DNA from: Candidatus Dormiibacterota bacterium
GTDB taxonomy: Bacteria; Chloroflexota; Dormibacteria; Aeolococcales; Bog-877
NCBI GenBank assembly: GCA_027319585.1
Contig: DAHVMY010000005.1
Span: forward strand, 1 to 58,098
Direction: 5' to 3'
Length of the DNA: 58,098 nt
The notes beneath the pieces were generated by a model, which worked only from the letters and a program-made list of their open reading frames with translations, was not told the origin of the DNA and ran no database searches. The position numbers were made by a program, and so were the translations under genes. This document shows positions 18,760 through 29,397 of the stretch, one piece after another (positions within the stretch are counted from its first letter, which is position 1; each line of letters starts with the position of its first letter).

Positions 18760-19731
18760 TCACCAGGCGTAGGCCTCGGGAGCCGCCCCGCCCGGGCCCG
18801 GGAAGATCTCATCCAACTTGGCCAGGGTCTCATGGTCAAGGCGGATCTCCAGCGCCCGCAGCGCCCCCCGGAACTGGTCGATCGTGCGGGGGCCGATGAT
18901 GGGCGCGGCAACCCCCGGCTGGTGCAGGAGCCAGGCCAGGGCCACGTCCGCGGGCTTCTCCCCCAGCTGCCGGCAGAGGTTCTCATACGCCTCCAGCTGG
19001 GAGCGGTGCCGCTCCACCCTCTCGACGTTTTGGGGATCCGCGCGTCGCCCCTCCTGCTGCTTCTCGAGCGCGCCGCCCAGGATGCCGGAGGCGAGCGGGC
19101 TCCAGGGAATCACCCCGAGCCCGTACTCCCGGCACGCCGGAAGGACTTCCAGCTCGATGTCCCGGGCCAGCAGGTTGTAGAGCGACTGCTCACTGATCAG
19201 CCCCAGGTAGTGCCGCGCCCGCGCCTGCTCCTGGGCCCGGGCGATGTGCCAGCCGGCGAAGTTGGAGGAGCCTGAGTAGATGATCTTGCCCTGCTGTCTC
19301 AGAACCTCGAAGGCCTCCCAGATCTCCTCCCAGGGGGTGTCGCGGTCGATGTGGTGCATCTGGTAAAGGTCGATGTGGTCGGTCCGCATCCGCTTCAGCG
19401 AGGCCTCGCAGGCGGCCCTGATGTGGCGGGCTGAAAGCCGCCCATCGTTGGGCCAGTCGGACTTGCTGGCGTAGAGCTTGGTCGCGATGACCACCTTCTC
19501 CCGCCGCTCCCCACCCTGGGCAAACCAGTTGCCCACGATCTCCTCGGTGAGGCCCCAGTGGACGGCGCGCCCGTAGGCGTCGGCGGTGTCAAAGAAGTTG
19601 ATGCCCAGCTCCAGAGCGTGGTCCATGATCCGGTGGGCCTCCTCCTCGCTGGTCCGCGGTCCGAAGTTCATGGTGCCCAGGCAGAGCGGGCTGACGCGAA
19701 GACCGGAGCGGCCGAGATGAACGTAGTCCAT
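18760..19731 (-). CDS. Aldo/keto reductase
   Basis: LGRSGLRVSPLCLGTMNFG, FFDTADAYG, IDLYQMH, PWSPLASG. Confidence 0.93.
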   Translation of the reverse strand: MDYVHLGRSGLRVSPLCLGTMNFGPRTSEEEAHRIMDHALELGINFFDTADAYGRAVHWGLTEEIVGNWFAQGGERREKVVIATKLYASKSDWPNDGRLSARHIRAACEASLKRMRTDHIDLYQMHHIDRDTPWEEIWEAFEVLRQQGKIIYSGSSNFAGWHIARAQEQARARHYLGLISEQSLYNLLARDIELEVLPACREYGLGVIPWSPLASGILGGALEKQQEGRRADPQNVERVERHRSQLEAYENLCRQLGEKPADVALAWLLHQPGVAAPIIGPRTIDQFRGALRALEIRLDHETLAKLDEIFPGPGGAAPEAYAW

Positions 19732-19960
19732 GCATGTCTCCCGAGCAGAGCGAGGGGTCGCCAACAGTTCCCAGCCATTGTGGCATATGCGAACAAATGT
19801 CCCGGGGCCAACGACCATGCCGGCACCGGGAGGTCGGCCAGCCGACCCGGCACGCAGACAGCGTGGGCTCGGGGACGGGCCCTCGCCGGGGCATGGCGAT
19901 GGTCGCGCTGAGTCGACCTCGAGAGAACCCCCGCGGACTGAGGCCGACCATACTTGGGAG

Positions 19961-20941
19961 GTGAGATACCTGGAGTTGGACGGTGCCCGGCTGTCGGTGG
20001 TGGGCCTGGGCTGCTGGCAGTTCGGGGAACGCGGATGGGGATACGGTGAGGAGTTCGGCCCCAAGGACTCCCTCGCCATCATCCACCGTGCTCTGAAGTT
20101 GGGAGTCACGGTGCTGGACACCGCCGAGCTCTATGGCTCCGGCGCCAGTGAGGCTCTGGTCGGCACCGCCCTCGAAGGCTGGGACCAACCCGTCTTCGTG
20201 GCTTCCAAGTACCTGCCGCTGCTTCCGCTTCCGGATGTCATCGTGGCCCACTGCCGGCGCAGCCTGGCACGGCTGAACCGCCCCGAGATGGATCTATATC
20301 AGCTGCATTTCCCGAATCCCGTCATCCCTCTTGGGGCGCAGATGGCGGGCCTGCGGCGGGTGCTTCGAGAGGGGCTGAGCCGCCACGTCGGGGTCAGCAA
20401 CTTCACCCTGTCGCGGTGGCGGCGGGCGGAGCGCATGCTGGGCTCCCCGATCATCTCGAATCAGGTGCGGTACAACCTCTTGCAGCGCAAACCCGAGCGT
20501 GACCTGCTCGATTACGCCAACCGCAGCAGCCATCTCGTGATCGCCTACAGCCCCCTGGCGCAGGGGGCGCTCAGTGGCCGCTATCGCCCGGGCCAGGTGC
20601 CCGCCGGAGTACGCCGGACCAACTGGCTTTTCACCGACGAGGGCCTGCGCGCCGCAGAGCCCGTGGTGGAGTGCCTGCGGGAGGTCGCGGCCGGGCATGG
20701 CGCGACCCCCGCTCAGATCGCGCTCGCGTACCTCATCGCCCAACCCCGGGTGCTCGTGATTCCGGGTGCGAAGTCGATCGCGCAGCTCGAGGCCAATGTC
20801 GCCGCGGCTGACATCGAGCTCGCCGAGGACGAGCTCCTGGCGCTGAGACGCGCGGCCGACCTGTTTCAGCTCTCCAGAGGCAGGGCCGCCACCCAGATGC
20901 TGGGCGGCCTGGTGCGCCGAGCCGGTTCGCCGACCACCTGA
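19961..20941 (+). CDS. Aldo/keto reductase
   Basis: GLGCWQFG, LDTAELYG, DLYQLHFP, AYSPLAQG; probable leaderless GTG start. Confidence 0.9.
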   Translation: MRYLELDGARLSVVGLGCWQFGERGWGYGEEFGPKDSLAIIHRALKLGVTVLDTAELYGSGASEALVGTALEGWDQPVFVASKYLPLLPLPDVIVAHCRRSLARLNRPEMDLYQLHFPNPVIPLGAQMAGLRRVLREGLSRHVGVSNFTLSRWRRAERMLGSPIISNQVRYNLLQRKPERDLLDYANRSSHLVIAYSPLAQGALSGRYRPGQVPAGVRRTNWLFTDEGLRAAEPVVECLREVAAGHGATPAQIALAYLIAQPRVLVIPGAKSIAQLEANVAAADIELAEDELLALRRAADLFQLSRGRAATQMLGGLVRRAGSPTT

Positions 20942-20952
20942 CCAACGGGCCG

Positions 20953-23856
20953 GTGACGGCTTGTTCACCCACCGTCGCACGGCTGCGATCTGAAATCGGG
21001 CAGCCAGGGCGCAGAGTTTCCGCTGGAGGACGGCTCCTCCCCATGCCGCCGCCCAGATCTGGAGACGCGTCCATCAAGCAAGGCCTCCACGGCGCGACCA
21101 AGCCCACCAGGGGTGCCCTGGCCCTATCTCCACCAGCGGACCTGCTCTCATTGGTCCGCTGGACCTTCTTGGGCATGGCGCTGCTCGCGCTCGCGGTCGC
21201 CCTCGGGGTGGCAGCCCTGCTGCCCCCGGGCGGCCAGTTTCGATTGCTGCTGAGCGCGGGCGGCGGCGCCTGGCTCGGCGTTGCCTGGGTGACCGGCTAT
21301 CGCCTGGGCCGCTTCCATTGGGGCATGGAGCTGGTCAACCTGCCGGCGCTGTTCCTGATCGTCCAGGGTCTGGGGAATCCCATCTATGCGCTGGGAGTGC
21401 TGGGCACCGGAGCCACCATGCGCTCCCTGTACGCCAGCCGCCGAGGTGCCGGCGTGGTCGTGGCCGGATACTCGGTGCCGTACCTGGCCGCGGTGTGGCT
21501 CAGCCGACCCGGGCCCCGGCAGGTGCCGCTGGCCTTTCCGGTCCTGCTCGGAGAGGCTGGCCTGGTGTTGGCGGTCGCGGTCGGGCAGCTGCTGCGGGCC
21601 GCGGTCGATCGCCACCAGACCGTGCTGGCACGATCTCAGCAGCTGGGCAAGGCGGGGCTCAGCCTCTCGGCCTCGCCCGGTCCCGACGCGATCGTGCGCA
21701 CGGCCGTGCGCGCCGCCCAGGAACTCGCGGCGGGCGCCGGGCCGGTGGAGGTTGCGCTGGTACGGCTGGCGGGACCGCGCCTCACGGTTGTTCCACCCTC
21801 GCCCATGCGCGACCAGATCCCGGCCGAGACCCCTCTGGACCCGTCCTCGATCCCGGACTCGGTGCTGCGGATCCTGCTGGGCCAGGCAACCCTCGACCGG
21901 CAGGAGTCGTCGTCGTTGCAGATCCGCTCCCTGCTGCACTTCGCCCCGACCAACCGCCATCTGGCCGTGCTCCCCCTCAGCCCCTCAGGGGAGGGACGCG
22001 GATCGCTCCTGATCGCAAGCCCCACGCCGCTCGACCCGGACCTGGAAGAGGCGAGCCGGATCCTGGCCACCCAGACCTGGATGGCGCTGGCGCGCTCCGA
22101 ACTGAGTCAGAGCATCCGGCAGAGTGAGGCCCGGTTCAGAGGGTTGGTGCAGAACTCCACCGATCTGGTCGTCGCGGTTGATGAAGGTGGCCAGATCACC
22201 TATGTCAGCCCCTCGCTTGAGGCCTTTCTGGGCAGGCCGCTGCGGGGGCTCAACCTCGACGCCGACAGCGACACCATCCATCCCCAGGATCTCCGTCGCT
22301 TCCGGGCCGCGATCCAGGACGCCGCCTCACGTTCCGACACCACGGCCATGCCCGACCTCAGGGTCCGGCGTGCCGCCGGCGACTGGAGGCTGCTGGAGGT
22401 TCAGGCGACCAATCTCACCCAGGACCCGGATGTGCGCGCGCTGGTGCTGACGGCCCGTGACGTCACCGAGCGCAAGGCGCTCGAGGAGAAGCTCCGCCAC
22501 CAGGCGCTGCACGACCCACTCACCGGTCTGGCGAACCGCCTGCTGCTGCGGGACCGGATTGAGCATGCCCTCCACGCCCGCCGCAGCCGGCTGCCGCTCG
22601 GCCTGCTGGTGCTGGATCTGGACGACTTCAAGAACATCAACGACAGCTACGGGCACGCGGCCGGTGACGAGGCTCTGCTTGAGGTCACCCGGCTGGTGAA
22701 GCTGTGCCTGCGCCCGGCGGACACCTTCGCTCGGCTGGGCGGCGACGAGTTCGCCATCCTGCTGGAGGAGTTGCCCGACCCCAGCCGCGCCCAGGTGGTG
22801 GCGGAGCGGATCGGGGCGGTGCTGCAGGCGCCGGTGAAGCTTCCCAACCGAGCTGAGGTGAGGGTCACCGCCAGCATCGGGGTGGTGACCTGCGAGGAGG
22901 GAGGGGACCCGGATGTGCTGCTCCGCAACGCCGACATCGCCCTCTACGCGGCCAAGGGGGAGGGCAAGGGACGCAACGTCCTGTTCGAGGACTTCTTGCA
23001 TGAGCGGGCGATGCAACGCATGCACGTGGAGAGCGGGTTGCGCCGAGCGTTGGAGCGGGACGAGCTCCGCCTGCACTATCAACCGATCGTGGCTGCCGGA
23101 GGTCGCCTCCTGGTGGGGATGGAGGCCCTGCTGCGCTGGGATGACCCCGAGGAGGGCCTCATCCTGCCGGACGCCTTCGTCTCGGTGGCCGAGGCAACCG
23201 GTCTCATCGTGCCCCTGGGGCGGTGGGTCCTGAGCGAGGCCTGCCGGCAGCTCCAGCGCTGGAACCTGGCCCTCCGCGAGGGCGACGCCCTGACCATGGC
23301 GGTGAACCTGTCGGCGCGCCAGCTGCAGGAGGAGTCGCTGGTCGCCGACGTGGAGGTGGCCCTGGCGAGCGCCGCCATCGCCCCCAGCCAGCTGGTGCTG
23401 GAGGTGACCGAGAGCACCATCGCCACCAATCCCGCGGAGGCGATCGCGCGGCTGGTCAGCCTGCGCCAGCTGGGAGTCCGCGTCGCGATCGACGACTTCG
23501 GCACCGGGCATTCATCGCTGGCGCAGCTGCAGCTGCTGCCGGTCGACGCGATCAAGGTCGATCAGTCCTTCGTCCGCGGCCTGGTCGACGATCCCACCGC
23601 GGCCGCCGTGGTGCAGAGCGTGGTGGATCTGGGGAGGGCGCTGAAGCTCGAGGTGATCGTGGAGGGCGTGGAGACCGAGCAACAGGCCGAGGTCCTGGCC
23701 AAGCTCTGTCCGGAGGCCCTGCTCCAGGGGCACCACTTCTCACCGGCGCTGGCTCCCGGAGACCTCAAGCGGTGGGCCCTGGCCGCCGAGCGCGCCGACC
23801 CGCCCCGGCGCCGGCGCAGCCGCGGCAAGTCCAAGGTGGCCGTGAGCCCGACCTGA
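20953..23856 (+). CDS. Membrane PAS-GGDEF-EAL diguanylate cyclase/phosphodiesterase (start uncertain)
   Basis: TM region, GAF-like region, PAS, HDPLTGLANR, RPAD I-site, GGDEF, EAL, DDFGTG. Confidence 0.93.
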   Translation: MTACSPTVARLRSEIGQPGRRVSAGGRLLPMPPPRSGDASIKQGLHGATKPTRGALALSPPADLLSLVRWTFLGMALLALAVALGVAALLPPGGQFRLLLSAGGGAWLGVAWVTGYRLGRFHWGMELVNLPALFLIVQGLGNPIYALGVLGTGATMRSLYASRRGAGVVVAGYSVPYLAAVWLSRPGPRQVPLAFPVLLGEAGLVLAVAVGQLLRAAVDRHQTVLARSQQLGKAGLSLSASPGPDAIVRTAVRAAQELAAGAGPVEVALVRLAGPRLTVVPPSPMRDQIPAETPLDPSSIPDSVLRILLGQATLDRQESSSLQIRSLLHFAPTNRHLAVLPLSPSGEGRGSLLIASPTPLDPDLEEASRILATQTWMALARSELSQSIRQSEARFRGLVQNSTDLVVAVDEGGQITYVSPSLEAFLGRPLRGLNLDADSDTIHPQDLRRFRAAIQDAASRSDTTAMPDLRVRRAAGDWRLLEVQATNLTQDPDVRALVLTARDVTERKALEEKLRHQALHDPLTGLANRLLLRDRIEHALHARRSRLPLGLLVLDLDDFKNINDSYGHAAGDEALLEVTRLVKLCLRPADTFARLGGDEFAILLEELPDPSRAQVVAERIGAVLQAPVKLPNRAEVRVTASIGVVTCEEGGDPDVLLRNADIALYAAKGEGKGRNVLFEDFLHERAMQRMHVESGLRRALERDELRLHYQPIVAAGGRLLVGMEALLRWDDPEEGLILPDAFVSVAEATGLIVPLGRWVLSEACRQLQRWNLALREGDALTMAVNLSARQLQEESLVADVEVALASAAIAPSQLVLEVTESTIATNPAEAIARLVSLRQLGVRVAIDDFGTGHSSLAQLQLLPVDAIKVDQSFVRGLVDDPTAAAVVQSVVDLGRALKLEVIVEGVETEQQAEVLAKLCPEALLQGHHFSPALAPGDLKRWALAAERADPPRRRRSRGKSKVAVSPT

Positions 23857-23947
23857 CCGAGCCGCGAAGGACCCGGGTGGGGAGCATCGCCGCCCCGCGC
23901 TCCCCGTCCCCGCCCAGGTTCTGTCAGATCGCGCCCAGCGCCAGGCC

Positions 23948-24565
23948 TCAGTCCAGATCGCCCAGCGCCCAGTGCTCGATGCGCTTGCGGAAGAAGAACA
24001 GCGCCCCGATGGCCGCCACCGCGACCGCCACCGCCAGCAGCTCGGCGGCGGTGCCGATCGTGCCGCTCAGGTGGCGGTAGGCACGGCCCAGTTCAAAGCC
24101 CAGGAGGCCGTAGGCGGTGGCCCAGGCGATGCCCCCGAGCGCATTGAAGAGAAGGTAGGTCCGGTAGGGCATCTCCCCTGCCCCGGCCAGGATGGCACCG
24201 AAGGTGCGCAGCACCGAGAGGAACCGCGCCACGAAGACCGCCAGGGCCCCGCGACGCTTGAAGAATCGGTCGATCAGGAGCAGGCGCCGGTGGTCGAGCC
24301 CCACATGGCGCCCCCACCGCTCCAGCACGCCCCGACCCAGGGACCGCCCCAGGCCGTAGCCGAAGTTGTCGCCCAGAATCGCGCCCACGGCCGCCAGCGC
24401 GATCACCACCGGCAGGCTGAGCCTGCCTGTCTCGGCCGAGTACACCGCCGCCAGGATAAGGGTGGTCTCGCCAGGAAACGGCACCCCGGTGCTCTCCAGG
24501 AGGGGAGCCGCGACCACGGCGAGATAGCCGTAGGTGTGAATCAGGTGGTCGGCGGAGAAGCTCAA
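23948..24565 (-). CDS. DedA family membrane protein
   Basis: ESTGVPFPGE, GDNFGYGLGR and VARF motifs. Confidence 0.92.
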   Translation of the reverse strand: MSFSADHLIHTYGYLAVVAAPLLESTGVPFPGETTLILAAVYSAETGRLSLPVVIALAAVGAILGDNFGYGLGRSLGRGVLERWGRHVGLDHRRLLLIDRFFKRRGALAVFVARFLSVLRTFGAILAGAGEMPYRTYLLFNALGGIAWATAYGLLGFELGRAYRHLSGTIGTAAELLAVAVAVAAIGALFFFRKRIEHWALGDLD

Positions 24566-25431
24566 GCGCGCTGCTGGGACTGCTCGAAGAGGGACGGCTC
24601 AGCGCCGAGCCTGGGGTATCCCAGCCCCAGAAGGCGTGCCATCTGCAGCCCGTTCACCACGGCGTAGTTGTCGCGGTTGTTGTTGAACAGGACATGCAAC
24701 TCACTGACCTGCGCCGCCAGCGCCGCGATCCGGCCGCGCCACTCCTCCAGCTCCTCCTCCTGGTAGAGATAGTCGAAGCGATCGCCGGAGGTGGGGCCGG
24801 ACCGATACCAGGTGCTTCGGTTGCGACCGTGGAATCGGATCACCGTAAGGCGCGGGTCGGTGACCTCAGCCAGGACCGGGAACGATCCGGTCCCCAGCTG
24901 AGGCTCGTCGACCACGCAGAGGGAGAGTTGCGCCTCGCGCAAGAGCTCCAGAACCGCGGGAACGACGCCCTCCTCCGCCCAGCTGCGGTGGCGGAACTCC
25001 ACCACCACCAGGTCGTCGGGGTGGCGATCCCGAAGTCGGGCCAGCCGGTTCATGTTCTCAGGGCCGGCGGTGAACCAGGGGGGGAACTGGTAGTGGATCG
25101 CCCGCAGCTTGCCGGCCGTGCGCAGCGGCACAAGCGATGCCGCAAAGGCCTGCTCCTCTGCTGCGGTCGGCTCGCGAGGCGCCCCCCGCTCGCGCTCGTG
25201 ATAGGTCAAAGAGCGGTGGGCCTTGAAGTTGAACCAGAATCCGGGAGGGGTGGAGCTCGCCCATGCGGCGGTGCGCGCGGGAGGGGGAATCGCGTAATAG
25301 CTGCTGTCCACCTCGACCAGGGGGAAGAACCTGGCGTAGTAGCGGAGCCGGTCACGGGCGGGCAGCCCCGCCGGGTAGAAGTTGCGGTGGTCGCTCCAAT
25401 TGCAGGTCCCCACCCGGACCTCAGCCGCCAT
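24562..25431 (-). CDS. DUF72 domain protein
   Basis: VEVDSSYYAIP, QFPPWF, VEFRH, RFHGRN, FNNN. Confidence 0.9.
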   Translation of the reverse strand: MAAEVRVGTCNWSDHRNFYPAGLPARDRLRYYARFFPLVEVDSSYYAIPPPARTAAWASSTPPGFWFNFKAHRSLTYHERERGAPREPTAAEEQAFAASLVPLRTAGKLRAIHYQFPPWFTAGPENMNRLARLRDRHPDDLVVVEFRHRSWAEEGVVPAVLELLREAQLSLCVVDEPQLGTGSFPVLAEVTDPRLTVIRFHGRNRSTWYRSGPTSGDRFDYLYQEEELEEWRGRIAALAAQVSELHVLFNNNRDNYAVVNGLQMARLLGLGYPRLGAEPSLFEQSQQRA

Positions 25432-25486
25432 GCCCGTATGTTCGCAGCTGGGTGCGCGACGAGGATGGATCGATTAGCTTATCCCC

Positions 25487-25879
25487 ATGAGAAAGCTGTC
25501 TTCGGCCCAAGTCGATTTCCTCCGCCGGCGCCAGTTCGCCCACCTCGCCACCATCAATTCCGACGGTAGCCCCCAGGTGACCGCCCTGTGGGTCGACACC
25601 GATGGGGAGGCGGTCCTCATCAACACCGCCAAGGGCAGGGTCAAGCACCGCAACCTGGTCCGCGATCCCCGACTGGCGATCTCGATCGTGGACTTCGAGA
25701 ACCCCTACGCCAGCCTCACGATCTCGGGTCGGGCGGAGTTCATCGACGAGGGCGCGGTGGAGCACATCCGCTCCCTCCAGGAGAAGTATCACGGCAACCG
25801 CGACTTCCACCTGGAGCCGGGCGAGGAGCGGGTGATCATCCGCGTCGTGCCCGAGCGGATCGGGGGCAGCGTGGCCTAG
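25487..25879 (+). CDS. PPOX-class (putatively F420-dependent) oxidoreductase
   Basis: AHLATINSDGSPQVT, K.RNLVRDPR. Confidence 0.88.
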   Translation: MRKLSSAQVDFLRRRQFAHLATINSDGSPQVTALWVDTDGEAVLINTAKGRVKHRNLVRDPRLAISIVDFENPYASLTISGRAEFIDEGAVEHIRSLQEKYHGNRDFHLEPGEERVIIRVVPERIGGSVA

Positions 25880-26874
25880 GGGCGGACCGGGCCCCCGCCC
25901 GTCGGCTCGGCGGCCCGCGCGATTCGCTCCAGGTCATCGTCGGTGAGGCTGACCGAGGGCGCGCCGATCCAGCCGTCGACCTGCTCCGGCGAGCGGGCCC
26001 CCACGATCGCGCCGGTCACCCCTTCCCAGGCGAGGGTCCAGGCGACCGCCACCGCGGCCACCGTGGTGCCGAGCCGCTCCGCGATCGGGGTCAGGGCGGA
26101 GGCCAGCTCGAGGTTGCGGGCGAGACGTTCCCCCTGGAACTCGGGATCTCGCGAGCGCCAGTCGTCCGGCCGCAGAGAGGCGGCGCGGTCCCATGAGAAG
26201 GCCCCGGTCAGCAGGCCCGCCTGCATGGGGCTGTACACGATCACCCCGGTCGAATGCCGCCGACACCAGGGAATGACGTCGGCTCCCGCTTCCCGGCGGA
26301 TCAGGGAGAAGGGGGGCTGGAGGGAGTCGACATGGCCGATGGCCTCGGCACGCTCCAACTGCTCCGAGCTGTGGTTGGAAAGGCCCACCGCGCGCACCTT
26401 GCCCTCCTGCTTGAGTTCCAGCAGGCAGCCCCAGTACTCCTCCAGCGGAGTCCCGTCCGTCGCCGGCCAGTGCATCTGATAGAGGTCGATCCGCTCCAGT
26501 TGGAGCCGCCGCAGCGAGCCCTCAAGCTCCGTGCGGATCGAATCCGGACGGCCGACCTCGCGCGGCTCCTTGGTGCGGTCGTGCGGATCCCAGACCAAGC
26601 CGCACTTGGTGAAGACGTACGGCCGGTCGCCTTGGGGCAGGTCGCGCAGCGCCCGCGCCACCACCTCCTCCGAGTGGCCCAGGCCGTAGACCGCCGCCGT
26701 GTCGATCCAGTTGACCCCGAGCTCCAGCGCGCGATGGATTGCGGCGATGGACCGCTCATCGTCCTGAGCGCCCCAGGAGAACGCCCAGTCCCCTCCGCCC
26801 ACCGCCCAGGCCCCGAAGCCCACCCTGGTGATCTCCATGCCCGTGGTGCCCAGGACCATGCGGGGAATGTCCAT
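25876..26874 (-). CDS. Aldo/keto reductase
   Basis: GFGAWAVGG, WIDTAAVYG, DLYQMHWP, YSPMQAGLL. Confidence 0.92.
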   Translation of the reverse strand: MDIPRMVLGTTGMEITRVGFGAWAVGGGDWAFSWGAQDDERSIAAIHRALELGVNWIDTAAVYGLGHSEEVVARALRDLPQGDRPYVFTKCGLVWDPHDRTKEPREVGRPDSIRTELEGSLRRLQLERIDLYQMHWPATDGTPLEEYWGCLLELKQEGKVRAVGLSNHSSEQLERAEAIGHVDSLQPPFSLIRREAGADVIPWCRRHSTGVIVYSPMQAGLLTGAFSWDRAASLRPDDWRSRDPEFQGERLARNLELASALTPIAERLGTTVAAVAVAWTLAWEGVTGAIVGARSPEQVDGWIGAPSVSLTDDDLERIARAAEPTGGGPVRP

Positions 26875-27072
26875 CAGCCTCTCCCTTGCCAGTGCCCGCC
26901 ACCGCCAAGCCCAAGAATATAGGAGAGCGCCGGTTGCCCCGATCAGGCGACGGGCCGTCGCGGCGCGCCGACTCTTCGGAAGTGGACTGGCGGCAGCGAA
27001 GGTCCAGGCATCGGTGACCACCGCCAGCCCGGGGACCGCTCCGATCGACTATGGGAGTACGATCGGCGAGAT

Positions 27073-27399
27073 ATGAAGGTCGTGCGGAACCACGGACGCG
27101 CCCGCCGTCGAATGCTCATCGGCGCGGTGGCCCTCACTGCGGTCGAGTGGGTTTATGTCGCCAGCCGGCGCGGCCGGGTGCTGGCCCTGGACACGGTGGT
27201 GAGCTGCCGAGGCGGACACCGGTTCACCACCTGGTGGATTCCCGGCGCCTCGGTCAAGTCGTTGCGGCTCGTCTTCTGGCGGATCCAGTTCTGCCCGGTC
27301 GGACGCCATTGGAGCCTGGTCGGCCCGGTCCGGGTGTCGACCCTGAGCGAAGGGCAGCTGCGCGAGGCACAAGCCCAGCACGACTGGCGGCTGCCCTGA
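27073..27399 (+). CDS. Hypothetical small protein, N-terminal TM plus CxxGH...CPxGxH putative zinc ribbon
   Basis: Coding-like codon usage; paired Cys/His motifs. Confidence 0.65.
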   Translation: MKVVRNHGRARRRMLIGAVALTAVEWVYVASRRGRVLALDTVVSCRGGHRFTTWWIPGASVKSLRLVFWRIQFCPVGRHWSLVGPVRVSTLSEGQLREAQAQHDWRLP

Positions 27400-27510
27400 G
27401 GGCCAACCGCAGCGGTCCCGGCCCGGTCGCCGCCGGGACGTCACGGGGGCGGGGGAAGCCAAGCCGGACCCTCGCCAGACGGCCGGCTGATTGGCGGTCG
27501 CTACGATTGA

Positions 27511-29397
27511 GTGAAAGTGGAACCTCAACCGGTCGTGGCTGACCACCCGTTGGCGAGCGACCCCCTCGACCTCAACCTGGTGATGGCGACGGTCAACGGC
27601 TCCGGCAGCCAGTCGGCGAACCTGGCTTTGACCCGGGCTCTCTTCGAGATGGGCCTGGGGGTGGCCCCGAAGAACATCTTCCCCTCGAACATCGAGGGCC
27701 TGCCGACGTGGTTCTTCCTACGCGCCACCGAGGCGGGACACCTGGGGGGACGCCGCCAGGCGGACCTGCTGGTCGTCCTGAACCGGGCGACGTACCAGCA
27801 GGACCTCGGGCGGCTGCGCCCGGGTGGTGTGCTGATCTACGAGCAGGCCTTCGGTGATCCGGGATCGGGTGGGCCCGAGGGCCTGGTCCCGTACCCTGTC
27901 CCCTTCGCCAAGCTGGCCAAGGAGGCGGTCGCCGATCCCGACCTCCGCAAGTACCTCACCAACATGATCTACGTGGGGGTGGTGGCCGAGGTCCTGGGCA
28001 TCCCCCAAGAGGCGTTGACAGCTGCTCTGGAACGCCAATTCCGCCGCAAGCCCAAGGCGGTCGCCTCCAATCTCGAGGCGATCGGCATCGGGCGCGCCTA
28101 TTTCCGGGAGATGTTCGGAAGCAGCGCCTCCCTCAGGGTGCGGCCGGCCGAAACCGCGAGGGGTCGGCTGCTGTTGGAGGGCAACGAGATTATGGCCCTC
28201 GGTGCGCTCATGGGTGGCTGCACCGTGTTCGCGTGGTACCCGATCACCCCGAGCTCGTCGGTCGCCGACCACCTGACCGGGCTGGCCGAGCGGACCAGGG
28301 TCGATCCAAAGACCGGCGAGCGCCGGATCGCCATCGTCCAGGCCGAGGATGAGCTGGCGGCGGCCGGGATGGTGGTGGGAGCGGGATGGGCCGGGGCGCG
28401 CGCCATGACCGCGACCTCCGGGCCCGGCATCTCCTTGATGGCGGAGTTCGTCGGTCTCGCCTATTACGCGGAGATCCCGGCCGTCATCGCCGACATCCAG
28501 CGCGTGGGGCCGTCGACCGGCCTGCCCACCCGGACCATGCAGGGAGACCTCCTCTTCACCTACACGCTCTCCCACGGGGACACCCGCCATCCGGTCCTGC
28601 TCCCGGGCAGCGTGCTCGAGGCCTACACGATGACCCAGGACGCGTTCGACCTGGCCGATCGGTTGCAGACCCCGGTATTCATACTGTCCGACCTCGATCT
28701 GGGCATGAACCTCTGGATGTCGGAGCCACCCCCGTATCCGCAGCGCGGCTTTGATCGGGGCAAGGTGCTGAGGGTGGAGGACCTGCAGCGGCTGAGCCGG
28801 TTCGAGCGCTATCGCGATGTCGACGGCGACGGCATCGCCGCGCGCACCCTGCCGGGGACGCCCCACCCGCTGGCCGCCTACTTCACCAGAGGGAGCGGAC
28901 ATGACGAGGGCGCCCGCTACACCGAGAGCGAGGAGGTCTACCCCCGCGTGATGGCACGGCTGCGTCACAAGCTGGAGGAGGGGATCGAGCGGCTGCCCCA
29001 GCCCGAGCTGGACGTGGACCCCGGGGCCGAGGTCGGCATCATCGCCTATGGCAGCTCCGATGCCGCGGTCGTGGAGGCGAGAGAGGAGTTGCGTCGGCTG
29101 GGTCTTCCGACCGCCTACCTCAGACTGCGATCGGTGCCTCCGGGGAGAGCGGTGTCCGAGTTTCTGGCCCAGCATGAGCGGGTCTACCTGGTGGAGCAGA
29201 ACCGGGACGCCCAGATGCTGGGGCTCCTGCGCATGGAGCTGCCTCCCGAGTTGACCGGGAGGATCCGCCCACTCCTCCACTTCGACGGCTTTCCCCTCTT
29301 CGCCGACGATGTCGTGGAGATGCTGGCCGAGCGGGAGCAGCTGGGGCCCCGGACGACCCCGAGCCCCGAGCTGGTCGGCACCAGGGGGCGCAGCTGA
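27511..29397 (+). CDS. korA: 2-oxoacid:ferredoxin oxidoreductase alpha subunit (gamma-alpha fusion; substrate unassigned)
   Basis: NGSGSQSAN, YPITPSS, QAEDE, TSGPG, QRVGPSTGLPT. Confidence 0.9.
   Translation: MKVEPQPVVADHPLASDPLDLNLVMATVNGSGSQSANLALTRALFEMGLGVAPKNIFPSNIEGLPTWFFLRATEAGHLGGRRQADLLVVLNRATYQQDLGRLRPGGVLIYEQAFGDPGSGGPEGLVPYPVPFAKLAKEAVADPDLRKYLTNMIYVGVVAEVLGIPQEALTAALERQFRRKPKAVASNLEAIGIGRAYFREMFGSSASLRVRPAETARGRLLLEGNEIMALGALMGGCTVFAWYPITPSSSVADHLTGLAERTRVDPKTGERRIAIVQAEDELAAAGMVVGAGWAGARAMTATSGPGISLMAEFVGLAYYAEIPAVIADIQRVGPSTGLPTRTMQGDLLFTYTLSHGDTRHPVLLPGSVLEAYTMTQDAFDLADRLQTPVFILSDLDLGMNLWMSEPPPYPQRGFDRGKVLRVEDLQRLSRFERYRDVDGDGIAARTLPGTPHPLAAYFTRGSGHDEGARYTESEEVYPRVMARLRHKLEEGIERLPQPELDVDPGAEVGIIAYGSSDAAVVEAREELRRLGLPTAYLRLRSVPPGRAVSEFLAQHERVYLVEQNRDAQMLGLLRMELPPELTGRIRPLLHFDGFPLFADDVVEMLAEREQLGPRTTPSPELVGTRGRS

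Noticed and set aside
18760-26874. Three aldo/keto reductases as one system
   Set aside because: Divergent subfamilies in separate transcription units; common in such genomes
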